This document shows positions 10,438-20,001 of a stretch of 64,000 nucleotides of DNA, in pieces. The first letter of the stretch is position 1, and each line of letters opens with the position of its first letter. Below the pieces are notes generated by a model. The model was not told the DNA's origin and searched no databases. It saw nothing but the letters and a program-made list of their open reading frames with translations. Source of the stretch: Alphaproteobacteria bacterium (GTDB taxonomy: Bacteria > Pseudomonadota > Alphaproteobacteria > Bin95); contig OZ219787.1 of the NCBI GenBank assembly GCA_964291285.2, positions 640,001-704,000 of the forward strand, given 5' to 3'. Made by a program: the position numbers and the translations under genes.

Positions 10438-11606
10438 GAAACGGCTGGGGCGTCGTCGGGGCGACCTTCGTCGTCCTGTTCGTCGGATTCGGAGCTGCCT
10501 ACACCTTCTCGACCTTCTTTCCCTCGCTCGAGCGGGAGTTCGGCGCGACTCGCGCCGAGACGAGCCTGGTCTTTTCGCTGGCGGCGTTTCTCTATTTCGG
10601 CTTCGGGGCGGTCTCGGGGCGGATCGCCGACATCATGGGGCCGCGAGAACTGTGCATTGCCGGCATGGCCGTGGTCGGGGCCGGCCTGCTTGTCGCCGCC
10701 CATGCGACCACGCTCTGGCAGGTGTGCCTCGGATACGGCCTCGGGGTCGGCTTCGGTGTCGGGCTGGCCTATGTGCCGGCGGTCGGCGCGGTCCAGCGAT
10801 GGTTCACCGCGAGGAGGGGCACGGCCTCCGGTTTCGCCGTTGCCGGCATCGGCGTCGGCACGCTTGCCGCCCCCCTCATAGCCGTCGTCCTGATCGAGGC
10901 GGTGGACTGGCGCTTTGCTTATCTGGTGCTGGCGCTCGGCGTGCTGGTGCTGGGCGGCGGCGCGGCGCATTTCGTAACCGCGCCGGAGACCGGACCGGCC
11001 GCCAGTCCCGCCCTACCGGGCTTTACCGTCGGCGATGCGCTGTCCAGCCGCACGTTCTGGATACTCTACGCCGCGACCCTGGTGCTCGCGTTTGGCATCT
11101 TCATTCCGTTCGTGCATGCGGTGCCCCATGCGCTCGACCGGGGGTTTTCGCTGGTCGAGGCGAACGCTCTCGTGCCTCTCGTCGGGGTCGGCAGCACGAT
11201 CGGGCGCTTCGTCCTGGCTCCTGTGGCGGACCGTATCGGACGGAAGCTCTGCCTCTCGCTGCTCTATGCCGGCATGGGGGCGATGCTGGCGGCATGGGTG
11301 CTGGTCGGGCCGTTCTGGCATCTGGCGGCCGTCGCCGGCGTTTTCGGGCTCTGCTATGGCGGCTTCGTCGCGCTGGCGCCGTCCGTGACGGCGGACCTGT
11401 TCGGGCTGCGCTCCGTCGGGGCCATCATCGGGCTGCTCTATTCGAGCGTCGGCATCGGCACGCTGTTCGGCCCGCCGCTGGCCGGCCTCGCCTACGATGA
11501 GCTCGGCAGCTACGAGTGGCCGTTTTTCGCGGTTGCCGTCTGCGCCGTCGCGGCGGCCTGCGCCATCGCCTTCATCCCGCCCGCGGGACGGTCCCGTCCA
11601 AGATGA
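10434..11606 (+). CDS. MFS transporter (monocarboxylate/OFA-like)
   Basis: About 12 hydrophobic segments; MFS motifs GRIADIMGPR and ADRIGRK; GTGA overlap with the upstream stop. Confidence 0.9.
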   Translation: MRNGWGVVGATFVVLFVGFGAAYTFSTFFPSLEREFGATRAETSLVFSLAAFLYFGFGAVSGRIADIMGPRELCIAGMAVVGAGLLVAAHATTLWQVCLGYGLGVGFGVGLAYVPAVGAVQRWFTARRGTASGFAVAGIGVGTLAAPLIAVVLIEAVDWRFAYLVLALGVLVLGGGAAHFVTAPETGPAASPALPGFTVGDALSSRTFWILYAATLVLAFGIFIPFVHAVPHALDRGFSLVEANALVPLVGVGSTIGRFVLAPVADRIGRKLCLSLLYAGMGAMLAAWVLVGPFWHLAAVAGVFGLCYGGFVALAPSVTADLFGLRSVGAIIGLLYSSVGIGTLFGPPLAGLAYDELGSYEWPFFAVAVCAVAAACAIAFIPPAGRSRPR

Positions 11607-11713
11607 GCCGGTTCGGCCGCTTGCCGGATGCTTCGGCCGCACTATGCTCTTGCCCACGAGGCGCGGGGGGCGTCCGCGCTGATCGACCTTTCGCCTGACG
11701 AAGACAGAAGCCC

Positions 11714-12048
11714 ATGGACATGCGGGAAGCCAAATTCGGGATCGGCCAGGTGGTGCGGCATCGTCGCTACCCGTTCCGGGGCGTGATCTTCGATGTCGAT
11801 CCGACCTTTTCCAACACCGAGGAATGGTGGGAGTCGATCCCGGCGGAGGTGCGCCCGCGCCGCGACCAGCCCTTCTACCACCTGCTCGCGGAGAACGCCG
11901 AGTCGACCTATATCGCCTACGTCTCCGAGCAGAACCTTCTCGAAGACCATTCCGGCCGCCCTTGCCGGCATCCGCAGGTGGACGAGATGTTCGGCGAATA
12001 CGAGGACGGCCAGTCCAGTACACGCCCCTGCCCCACTACAAGAACTGA
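11714..12048 (+). CDS. hspQ: Heat shock protein HspQ (YccV-like), C-terminus frameshifted by a 5-bp duplication
   Basis: AKFGIGQVVRHRRYPFRGVIFDVDP...DQPFYHLLAEN...AYVSEQNL. CCAGT is duplicated at 12010-12019; removing one copy gives ...GQYTPLPHYKN* ending at 12048. As sequenced the ORF runs to 12136. Confidence 0.88.
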
Positions 12049-12069
12049 ATTCAACCGGAGTGAGCCGCC

Positions 12070-13281
12070 ATGGCGGAGCCTCTTCTTGCGGGCCTCAAGG
12101 TTCTTGACGTGGCCAGCTTCATCGCCGCGCCGGTAGCGGCCACCATGCTCGCGGACTTTGGCGCGGACGTCGTCAAGATCGAGCCGCCGACCGGCGATTC
12201 CTATCGCGGCCTGTCGGCCTTTCCCGGGTTTCCTTCGTCCCATGTGGACTATTCCTGGATGATGGACAACCGCTCGAAGCGCGGTCTTGCGCTGGACTTG
12301 CGACAGGAGGCCGGGCGGGAGGTGCTGCGGGAACTCGCGGCGGCGGCCGACGTGTTCATCACCAACTATCCGCCCCGCGTGCGCGAACAGCTGGAGCTCC
12401 GTTACGAGGACATAGCCCCCCTCAACGAGCGGTTGATCTACGCCTCGCTCTCCGCCTATGGCGAGGCGGGGCCGGAGGCCGGCAAGACCGGTTTCGACTC
12501 CACCGCGCTCTGGGCGCGCACGGGGCTGATGGACCTGGTCCGTCCCGACCCGGAGGGCTCGCCCGCGCGCTCGCTCCCCGGCATGGGCGACCATCCGACG
12601 GGCGTGGCGCTGTTCGCCGCGATCATGACCGCGCTCTACCGCCGCCAGGTTACGGGCAAAGGCGGCAAGGTCCACACCAACCTCATGGCGAACGGCGTGT
12701 GGTGCAACGCCTTCTACGCACAGGCGGCGCTTTGCGGCCTCGACATCCCGACCCGGCCGAAGCGCGAGAACTGGGCGACCGGCGTCGCCAACCATTACCG
12801 CTGCGCCGACGGACGCTGGTTCATTCTGAGCCTGGTAAACGAGGACAAGCAGTGGCCGAACCTGCTGCGCGCGCTCGACCGTCCGGACCTCGGCACGAAC
12901 CCGCGCTTCGCCGAGAAGCCCGCCCGGCACCGCCATGCGCGCGAGCTGATCGCCATTCTGGACGAAGTCTTCATCCGCGAGCCCTGGTCCGTGTGGCGGG
13001 AGCGGCTGGAGGCGGAGGGCCTGGCATTCGGCGTGGTCGGCAGGACCGAGGACATTCCGGAAGACCCTCAGATGAGGGCTGCGGAGATCGTCGTGCCCCA
13101 CGACGACCCGTCGGGCCTCTCCACCCACACGGTCGCGGCGCCGGTCTGGGTCGAAGGCTCGGAGAAGACGGCGCCCGGCCCCGCGCCGGAGACCGGCCAG
13201 CACACGGATGAGATTCTGGCCGAACTCGGCCGCGCGCCGGAGGACATCGCCGCGCTCAGGGCTTCGGGCACCGTGGCCTGA
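12070..13281 (+). CDS. CaiB/BaiF (family III) CoA transferase
   Basis: LAGLKVLDVASFIAAP...GADVVKIEPPTGD...NRSKRGLALDL. Confidence 0.95.
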   Translation: MAEPLLAGLKVLDVASFIAAPVAATMLADFGADVVKIEPPTGDSYRGLSAFPGFPSSHVDYSWMMDNRSKRGLALDLRQEAGREVLRELAAAADVFITNYPPRVREQLELRYEDIAPLNERLIYASLSAYGEAGPEAGKTGFDSTALWARTGLMDLVRPDPEGSPARSLPGMGDHPTGVALFAAIMTALYRRQVTGKGGKVHTNLMANGVWCNAFYAQAALCGLDIPTRPKRENWATGVANHYRCADGRWFILSLVNEDKQWPNLLRALDRPDLGTNPRFAEKPARHRHARELIAILDEVFIREPWSVWRERLEAEGLAFGVVGRTEDIPEDPQMRAAEIVVPHDDPSGLSTHTVAAPVWVEGSEKTAPGPAPETGQHTDEILAELGRAPEDIAALRASGTVA

Positions 13282-13305
13282 CAACGGGGCCGCGGAGGGC
13301 GCCAA

Positions 13306-14922
13306 ATGCTGGCCGACAATGCCGAGTTCGACTTCATCGTGTCCGGCGCGGGCTCGGCCGGCTGCGCCGTGGCAGCGCGCCTCTCCGAGTCCGGGCGCTA
13401 CAGCGTTTTGCTGCTGGAGGCGGGCCCGCGGGACACCGACCCGTGGATCCACATTCCGCTCGGCTTTCCCAAGCTGTTCATCGACGGGCGGGTCAACTGG
13501 AAGTTCGAGACCGAGCCCGTCGAGGCGCTGAACGGCCGCCGGCTTTTCCAGCCGCGCGGGCGCGTTCTCGGCGGCAGCAGCTCGATCAACGGCACGATCT
13601 ACATGCGCGGCCAGCCGCGCGACTATGACGGCTGGCGCCAGCGCGGGCTGGAGGGCTGGGACTGGGACTCGGTGCTGCCCTATTTCGTCAAGGCCGAGGA
13701 CAACGAGCGCGGCGCGGATGCGCTGCACGGCGCGGGCGGTCCGCTACGGGTCTCGGACGTGCCGACCGAATGGGAGCTGCACCGCGCCATGGTGGCCGCA
13801 GCGGTCGAGGCCGGCATCCCCGCCAACCCGGACTTCAACGGGCCGGAGCAGGAGGGGACCGGCTTCTACCAGTTCACCGCCTCGCGCAAGCGGCGCTGGA
13901 GCTCTGCGAAAGCCTATCTCGCGCCGGCCAGGAAGCGGCCCAACCTGCATGTCGAGACCTCGGCCCAGGCGCGTCGGCTGCTGATTGAGGACGGCCGCGC
14001 CGCGGGCATCGAATATCAGACGCCGGCCGGACCGAAGCGAGCGAATGCGAGGCGCGAGATCGTCGTGTCCGGCGGCACGTTCGGCTCTCCCCACCTGCTC
14101 CAGCTTTCAGGCATCGGCCCGGCGGAACATCTCGCTGAGATGGGCATCCGGCCGGTGCAGGACCTGCCCGGCGTCGGCGCTCATCTTCGCGACCACTTCA
14201 ACACCTATATCAGCTTCCGTTGCGCCCGGCCGGTGACCGCGAACGACCTGGCGCTGAGCCTGCCGCGCCGCCTGGTGGCCGGCGCGCGCTATGTGCTCTT
14301 CGGTGACGGCCCGCTCACCAGCACGGGCATCTGCGCCGGCGCCTTCGTGCGCACCGACCCGCGGCTCGACGGCCCCGACCTCCAGATCAACATGCTGAGC
14401 TGGAGTGCGGCCAGTCGCACGCCCGACATGATCGTGCCGCACCCCTTCTCCGCCTTCACGCTCAGTCCCGTGCACCTCTGCCCGGACTGCGACGGCTCGG
14501 TGCGCCTCAAGAGCCCGGACCCGCTTGCCGCGCCGGCGATCCGCTACGAGTTCCTGCGCAGCGAATACGACCGGCAGGCGATCCTCTACGGCATGCGCCT
14601 GTGCCGGAAGATCGCCGGCCAGCCGGCACTCGCGCCCTTCATGGCGGAGGAAGTGCTGCCCGGCCCGGACTGCGAGAGCGACGAGGACCTGCTGGCCGAC
14701 GTGCGGGCCCGCGCCGTCGCCAACTACCACCCCGTCGGCACCTGCCGCATGGGGCCGCAGACAGACTCTGCCACAGATTCAAGGCTGCGCGTCCACGGCG
14801 TCGCCGGCCTGCGCGTCGCCGACGCCTCGATCATGCCCACCATCGTCGCAGGCAACACCAACGCCCCCAGCATCATGATCGGCGAGAAGGCCGCTGCGAT
14901 GGTGCTGGAGGACGCGTGGTAG
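13306..14922 (+). CDS. GMC family oxidoreductase (choline dehydrogenase-like)
   Basis: GAGSAGC FAD-binding motif, GRVLGGSSSINGTIYMRG, YHPVGTCRMG, GNTNAP. Confidence 0.95.
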   Translation: MLADNAEFDFIVSGAGSAGCAVAARLSESGRYSVLLLEAGPRDTDPWIHIPLGFPKLFIDGRVNWKFETEPVEALNGRRLFQPRGRVLGGSSSINGTIYMRGQPRDYDGWRQRGLEGWDWDSVLPYFVKAEDNERGADALHGAGGPLRVSDVPTEWELHRAMVAAAVEAGIPANPDFNGPEQEGTGFYQFTASRKRRWSSAKAYLAPARKRPNLHVETSAQARRLLIEDGRAAGIEYQTPAGPKRANARREIVVSGGTFGSPHLLQLSGIGPAEHLAEMGIRPVQDLPGVGAHLRDHFNTYISFRCARPVTANDLALSLPRRLVAGARYVLFGDGPLTSTGICAGAFVRTDPRLDGPDLQINMLSWSAASRTPDMIVPHPFSAFTLSPVHLCPDCDGSVRLKSPDPLAAPAIRYEFLRSEYDRQAILYGMRLCRKIAGQPALAPFMAEEVLPGPDCESDEDLLADVRARAVANYHPVGTCRMGPQTDSATDSRLRVHGVAGLRVADASIMPTIVAGNTNAPSIMIGEKAAAMVLEDAW

Positions 14923-14937
14923 CGTCCTGACTCGGCC

Positions 14938-16995
14938 CTACACGACAGCGATGTCCAACCAGCCGAGCGGGGTCACGGTCGCGCGGTCCCCGGGGCGGAG
15001 GACGACGGTCGTGAGGTCGCTCTCCACCACTGCGGGCCCTTCCAGCGCCTGCCCGGGCCTGAGCGCGGCGAAGTCGAAGATCGGCGCTTCGAGCCAGCCG
15101 CCCATATGGACCTGCCTGCGCACACGGGGCGCGGCATCCGCGCCCGTGTCGGGCACACGCTCTTCCGGCAGGCCCGGCAGGCGCCCGACCGCGGCGGCGC
15201 GGGCGTTCACCAGCACCACATCGTCCTCGCGCAGCGCATAGGTGAACAGCGCCTCATGGCGGTCGTGGAAGCGCTCCGCGATCCGCTCCAGCAGGTCGTC
15301 CGCCTGCCAGTCGAGGCCGTCCAGCGCGACATCCACCTCGAATATCTGCTCGCCATAGCGCATGTCGGCAGCGCGGCGCACCGCCACCTCGCCGGAATGA
15401 CAGGCGGCAAGGCGCTGGCGGGCGGTGCTCTCCAGCTCATCATAGACGGACCGCACAGCGGCGGCGTCGAGCGCCGCCGCGTCCCCGATATGCGTGCGGG
15501 AGGCCTCGAAGCGCAGGTCGGTCGCGAGCATGCCCCAGGCGGACAGCACGGAGGCGACCCTCGGCACCACGACCCGCGCGATATCCAGCTGGCGCGCGAC
15601 GTCGGTGATGTGGAGGCCGGCGGCCCCGCCGAAGGCAAGCAGCGCGAACCGCCGCGGGTCCACGCCGCGCCTGACGGATACCAGGCGGATACCCTCCGCC
15701 ATATTGGTATGCACCACGCGGTGGACGCCCTCCGCTGCCGTCATGCGCTCTACTCCCAGGTCGGCCGCGAGCGCGTCGAGGGCCGCTTCCGCCGCCCCGG
15801 TATCCAGCTTCTCGCGCCCTCCGAGGAAGTTCGATGGATCGAGGAAGCCCAGCACCAGGCTGGCATCGGTCACGGTCGGCAGCGAGCCGCCGCGGCCGTA
15901 GCAGGCCGGGCCCGGGTCGGCCCCGGCGCTCTCGGGGCCCACATGCAGCACACCGCCCGCATCTACATGTGCGATGGAGCCGCCGCCCGCCCCGATGCTG
16001 GCGATATCGAGCGAGGAGAGCGCGATCCGCTCCCCGGCAATGCCCCGGTCGGACGACAGCGCCGCCTCGCCGCCGGAGATGAGCGAGATGTCGGTGCTGG
16101 TGCCACCCATGTCGAACGGGATGAGGTCGCCCGAGCCGAGCAGCCGGGCCGAGTAGCGCGCGCCCGCAACGCCGCCCGCAGGTCCCGACAGCACCGTCCC
16201 CGCCGCCAGCCGGACCGCCTCTTCCAGCGGCGCAACGCCTCCGTGGCTCAGGATGATGAGCAGCGGCCCGGCATAGCCGTTCTCCTCCAGCCGGGCGGCG
16301 AGACGGCCGAGATAGCCGGAAAGGGCCGGACCGACATAGGCGTTGACCACTGTGGTGGAGACGCGCTCGAACTCCTTGATCTGCGGGAACACGTCCGAGG
16401 ACAGCGACAGATAGGCTTCCGGCATCGCACGGCGCACCGCGTCCGCCGCCGCGCGCTCATGGGCATTGTCCCGCCAGGCATGCAGGAAGCAGATGGCGAC
16501 CGAGTCGACGCCCTGCCCGCGCAGCGCCTCGACCGCCCGGTCCAGCGATGCCGGATCGAGCGGCGCCTCGACGGCCCCGTCGGCGCGCACCCGCTCCGTC
16601 ACGCCGAGCCTGCGGCGGCGAGGCACCAGCGGTTCCGGCGGCGGGATGCGGAGATTGTAGCGGTCCGGCTTCAGGCCCTCCCGCATCTCCAGCACGTCGC
16701 GGTGGCCCTCCGTCGTCAGCAGGCCGACCGTGGCGCCCTTGCGTTCCAAGATGGCGTTGGTCGCAACCGTGGTGCCATGCACGATGCGTTCGGTCCGCGC
16801 CAGCAGGGTTGCTACATCCAGCCCTATCGTCCCGGCCAGGCGCTCCAGCCCGTCCAGCACGCCGGCAGACTGGTCCGCCGGGGTCGAGGGTGCCTTGGCG
16901 ATCCGGGTCTCGCCCCTGCGGTCCACGGCGACGAGGTCCGTGAAAGTGCCGCCTATGTCGATACCAATCCGGTATTCGGTCCCGGATTCACTCAT
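14938..16995 (-). CDS. Hydantoinase A / oxoprolinase family protein
   Basis: IGIDIGGTFTD, HGTTVATNAILE, SGPAGG, DMGGTSTD, GAGGGS; start placed at MSESG. Confidence 0.95.
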   Translation of the reverse strand: MSESGTEYRIGIDIGGTFTDLVAVDRRGETRIAKAPSTPADQSAGVLDGLERLAGTIGLDVATLLARTERIVHGTTVATNAILERKGATVGLLTTEGHRDVLEMREGLKPDRYNLRIPPPEPLVPRRRRLGVTERVRADGAVEAPLDPASLDRAVEALRGQGVDSVAICFLHAWRDNAHERAAADAVRRAMPEAYLSLSSDVFPQIKEFERVSTTVVNAYVGPALSGYLGRLAARLEENGYAGPLLIILSHGGVAPLEEAVRLAAGTVLSGPAGGVAGARYSARLLGSGDLIPFDMGGTSTDISLISGGEAALSSDRGIAGERIALSSLDIASIGAGGGSIAHVDAGGVLHVGPESAGADPGPACYGRGGSLPTVTDASLVLGFLDPSNFLGGREKLDTGAAEAALDALAADLGVERMTAAEGVHRVVHTNMAEGIRLVSVRRGVDPRRFALLAFGGAAGLHITDVARQLDIARVVVPRVASVLSAWGMLATDLRFEASRTHIGDAAALDAAAVRSVYDELESTARQRLAACHSGEVAVRRAADMRYGEQIFEVDVALDGLDWQADDLLERIAERFHDRHEALFTYALREDDVVLVNARAAAVGRLPGLPEERVPDTGADAAPRVRRQVHMGGWLEAPIFDFAALRPGQALEGPAVVESDLTTVVLRPGDRATVTPLGWLDIAVV

Positions 16996-17086
16996 GTCCG
17001 CATACCCCTCCCGGCCGCCGCCCCGCAGCGGCGGCACTGTAGCAGACTATCGGGCGGGCGCTATCCGGCGGGCGACGGCGCCGGGG

Positions 17087-17293
17087 TCAGGTGGACCATC
17101 GGTACGCGATCGAGACGGCGGCGCCGGCGAGACACGCCCCCACGACACGCCGGTCCCGGAACCCGCGAGGGTGGGTGCGTATATGGATGACGAAGACCAG
17201 GACGCAAAGCAGCGCGATCCAGATCGCGACGGTATCGGCCCCGGCATCGAGGCGGGCCCACCATCCGTCGTGAGGCTGTTGCGGCTCGGACAA
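17087..17293 (-). CDS. Small hypothetical membrane protein (68 aa)
   Basis: TTG start 9 nt after a GGAGGA RBS; two hydrophobic stretches (VAIWIALLCVLVFVI; VVGACLAGAAVSIAY). Confidence 0.5.
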   Translation of the reverse strand: MSEPQQPHDGWWARLDAGADTVAIWIALLCVLVFVIHIRTHPRGFRDRRVVGACLAGAAVSIAYRWST

Positions 17294-17428
17294 AGCGTCA
17301 ATTCCTCCGGATCGCCGGCTGCGATTTACCCTAGCAGCGTTGGGCCGGGCCCTGGAAACGCAATATGCATCTGCCATCGAAGATTGATTCGGCGTCCGGT
17401 TCCACCGAAACTGGAATGTCGAATAGGG

Positions 17429-18644
17429 CAGGGCAATCGCTTTTGGGCCTGTCATGCGGCGGCCCGGATCAAGTTGAGGAGCAAGTCGTCATTCCAGGCT
17501 GCGCGTTTGAGTTTTCCGCGCATGGCGTCTTTTGTGGGTTCGCGGCGTGCGATGTTGAGGGCGAGGCGTCGGATCAGGGCGAGGTTTTCGGGTCCGTGGT
17601 CCTTGCGGTTTCGCTGTCGGTCCTCGTTCATGGTCACGTCGAGCACCCAGTGCAGGCAGTTTTCGATGGTCCAATGGGCGCGCGCGGCGTGCTGGAAGCG
17701 CTCGGGCGCGAGCGGCGCGCTCATGATGTAGTAGCGGGTTTCGGTTTTGGTGCTCCTTGCGGTTTCGCGCCTGGCCTGGATCTTGCCGATGGCGGCCAGC
17801 CCCGGCCAGTCATGGCGCTCGCGCAGCCATGCAATCTCGTGGCAGACCGAGGCGCGGCGCGTCTCGATGCGCCCGTGATCGCCATCGACATGCTGACATG
17901 ATTGGAGTTTGTCCGCCTGGGCGGGATCGTCCAGATACAGGCGCACATCCTCATACAGGCTGCCCTGATTGCCCTTGAGCGCCAGCACATAGTCCCCGCC
18001 CTTGGCGGTAACGGCCTCGGCCGTCGCCCGCTGGGTATGCATCGCGTCCGCCGTCACGATCCGGCCCTTGAGCGCCAGCATCTCCAGCAGCTTCGGCATC
18101 GCCGCAATCTCGTTGGACTTGTCATCGACCTTCACCTGGCCGAGCATCAGGCGGGTCCCGGCGGCGAAGGCCTGCACCAGATGCACCGGCGAGCGCGCCG
18201 CGGCATCGGCGAAGGAACGCCGCAGCGACTTGCCGTCAACCGCGATCACATCGCCGTCCAGAACCGCCGCCCAGTCCTCCAGAAGCCGCAGCAGCACTTT
18301 CTGCAGGCTGTCGGGATCGAGGGCGTTGAACAGGTCCGAAAACGCATCGTGGCTCGGAATGCCGTGCTTCAACTCCATGAAACGGCGCAGAAACCCTTCC
18401 TTCGCCCGACCGAAACGCTCCATGTCCGCGCATCCCTCCCCACCGCACAAGGTCGAGAGCAGCGCGATCATCAGCATCTCGTGCAGAGAGTGGCGCGTCG
18501 CATTGCTGCGACGCGGATCCGTAACTCCTTCGAATACTGACGAAAACTCCTCCATCTCACACCCCAACTCACCAGATACGGAAACCGGAGTGTGAATCGA
18601 AAACGCAAACTCCTAAAAGCTAATCTTCAAAAGCGATTCCCCTG
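17429..18644 (-). mobile_element. ISAs1-family insertion sequence, apparently intact
   Basis: 17-bp terminal IRs CAGGGCAATCGCTTTTG / CAAAAGCGATTCCCCTG (1 mismatch); 10-bp target duplication TCGAATAGGG at 17419-17428 and 18645-18654. Confidence 0.95.
17452..18555 (-). CDS. ISAs1 family (H-repeat) transposase
   Basis: DPRRSNATRHSL, IPSHDAF, IAVDGKSLRRS, KSNEI, VTADAMHTQ, HGRIETR, HWTIENCLHWVLDV. Confidence 0.96.
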   Translation of the reverse strand: MEEFSSVFEGVTDPRRSNATRHSLHEMLMIALLSTLCGGEGCADMERFGRAKEGFLRRFMELKHGIPSHDAFSDLFNALDPDSLQKVLLRLLEDWAAVLDGDVIAVDGKSLRRSFADAAARSPVHLVQAFAAGTRLMLGQVKVDDKSNEIAAMPKLLEMLALKGRIVTADAMHTQRATAEAVTAKGGDYVLALKGNQGSLYEDVRLYLDDPAQADKLQSCQHVDGDHGRIETRRASVCHEIAWLRERHDWPGLAAIGKIQARRETARSTKTETRYYIMSAPLAPERFQHAARAHWTIENCLHWVLDVTMNEDRQRNRKDHGPENLALIRRLALNIARREPTKDAMRGKLKRAAWNDDLLLNLIRAAA

Positions 18645-18767
18645 TCGAATAGGGCCAAGTCCATTGCTGGATATAGCGAAGTCGATTATTGGAATAAGGA
18701 ATTGTGTTTCCTGCGGAAATCACCTGGATTTCAGGAGGCGATTCAGCCGGACACGAGGGTAGCGGAG

Positions 18768-19922
18768 ATGTTGAACGCGCCGTCTGCCTATATTGAAGGC
18801 CACGAGAAAGCCCAGCGTTACGACAGCACGCTGGCCGACAGGTATATCCGGCACACCACGATCGGCGACCCGGAGCTCGATCCGGTGATGGAGGAGGTCT
18901 ATTCGCTGCATCCCGCAGAACTTCACAGGTTCATCGGAGCGGGGATCGAGCAGCGGGAAGCGGAAATGCGGGCCGCGCCGGAGCCGCTGCGCCGTTTCTT
19001 CGAGGATTTCCGGGAGCCGGAATGGCTGGACTACAGCGCCTTTCAGCCGGGAGTGCGCGCCTTTCACGCCAATGCGGACCTTATGCTGGTCGCATTCGTC
19101 GCCGGCGTGCTCGTGGAAGGCTTTTCGACCCTCATAGCCAAATCGTTCAGCATTACCGGCCGCGTCGCGGCCACCAAAAGGCGCCTCCAGCAGAACAACC
19201 GCCAATTGCTCGAAATCTTCTTCCCCGGCGGCCTGCAGCGCGACGGGGACGGGTGGAAGCTCTCGACCCGGGTACGCTTCGTGCACGCCCGGATCAGGAG
19301 CCTGCTGGCGAGGCACGAGGAATGGAACGGCGACGCCTGGGGCACGCCGCTGAGCGCAGCTCATCTCGGTTTCGCCATTTCGGTCTTTTCCAAGCGGCTG
19401 CTGGATTACGCGCAACAGGTTGGCGCGTCCTTCACGGAAGAGGAAAAGGCGAGCATCCTCGACGTCTGGCGCTATTCCGGCTACCTGATGGGCATTCCCG
19501 AATCGATCCTTTACGAGGACGGCGCGGAGGCGGACAGGATTTACCGCATTGCAAACCTGTGCGAGCCGCCGCCCGATTCGGATTCGGCGGCGATGGCGAA
19601 CGCATTGATCGGCGCCATTCCCGGCATCGTGGACATCCGGGACGATGAGGAACGAAAACAGGTCATCGCCCTTGCTGACAAACTGTCCCGCGCGCTCATA
19701 GGGAACGAACTGGCCGGGCATTTCCAGTATCCCGCGACCCGGACCTTCGGAACCCTGTTCGGTTTCCGGCTGAAACAACGTCTCCAGCGCTGGCTGAAGA
19801 GCGGGCTGGTGGTCCGGGCGGACAATTTCAGCCAGCTTCTCCAGATTTCCGTATATGAAGAGAGTGGCCTGACCTACAATTTGCCGGACCACGTCAAACA
19901 CGAGAAGTCCCAACCATGGTAG
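18768..19922 (+). CDS. MpaB / Lcp (rubber oxygenase)-like heme oxygenase, DUF2236 family
   Basis: GDPELD N-terminal motif, TRVRFVHARIR (candidate heme-ligand His), WGTPLS, WRYSGYLMGIP. Confidence 0.8.
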   Translation: MLNAPSAYIEGHEKAQRYDSTLADRYIRHTTIGDPELDPVMEEVYSLHPAELHRFIGAGIEQREAEMRAAPEPLRRFFEDFREPEWLDYSAFQPGVRAFHANADLMLVAFVAGVLVEGFSTLIAKSFSITGRVAATKRRLQQNNRQLLEIFFPGGLQRDGDGWKLSTRVRFVHARIRSLLARHEEWNGDAWGTPLSAAHLGFAISVFSKRLLDYAQQVGASFTEEEKASILDVWRYSGYLMGIPESILYEDGAEADRIYRIANLCEPPPDSDSAAMANALIGAIPGIVDIRDDEERKQVIALADKLSRALIGNELAGHFQYPATRTFGTLFGFRLKQRLQRWLKSGLVVRADNFSQLLQISVYEESGLTYNLPDHVKHEKSQPW

Positions 19923-20001
19923 GCGGCGCAGGCTTCCTTCGGACCGCTCCGCTCGCAGCGGCCGGAACCGGAAAGGCAATGACGGTTGCCCGTTTCGGGC
20001 G

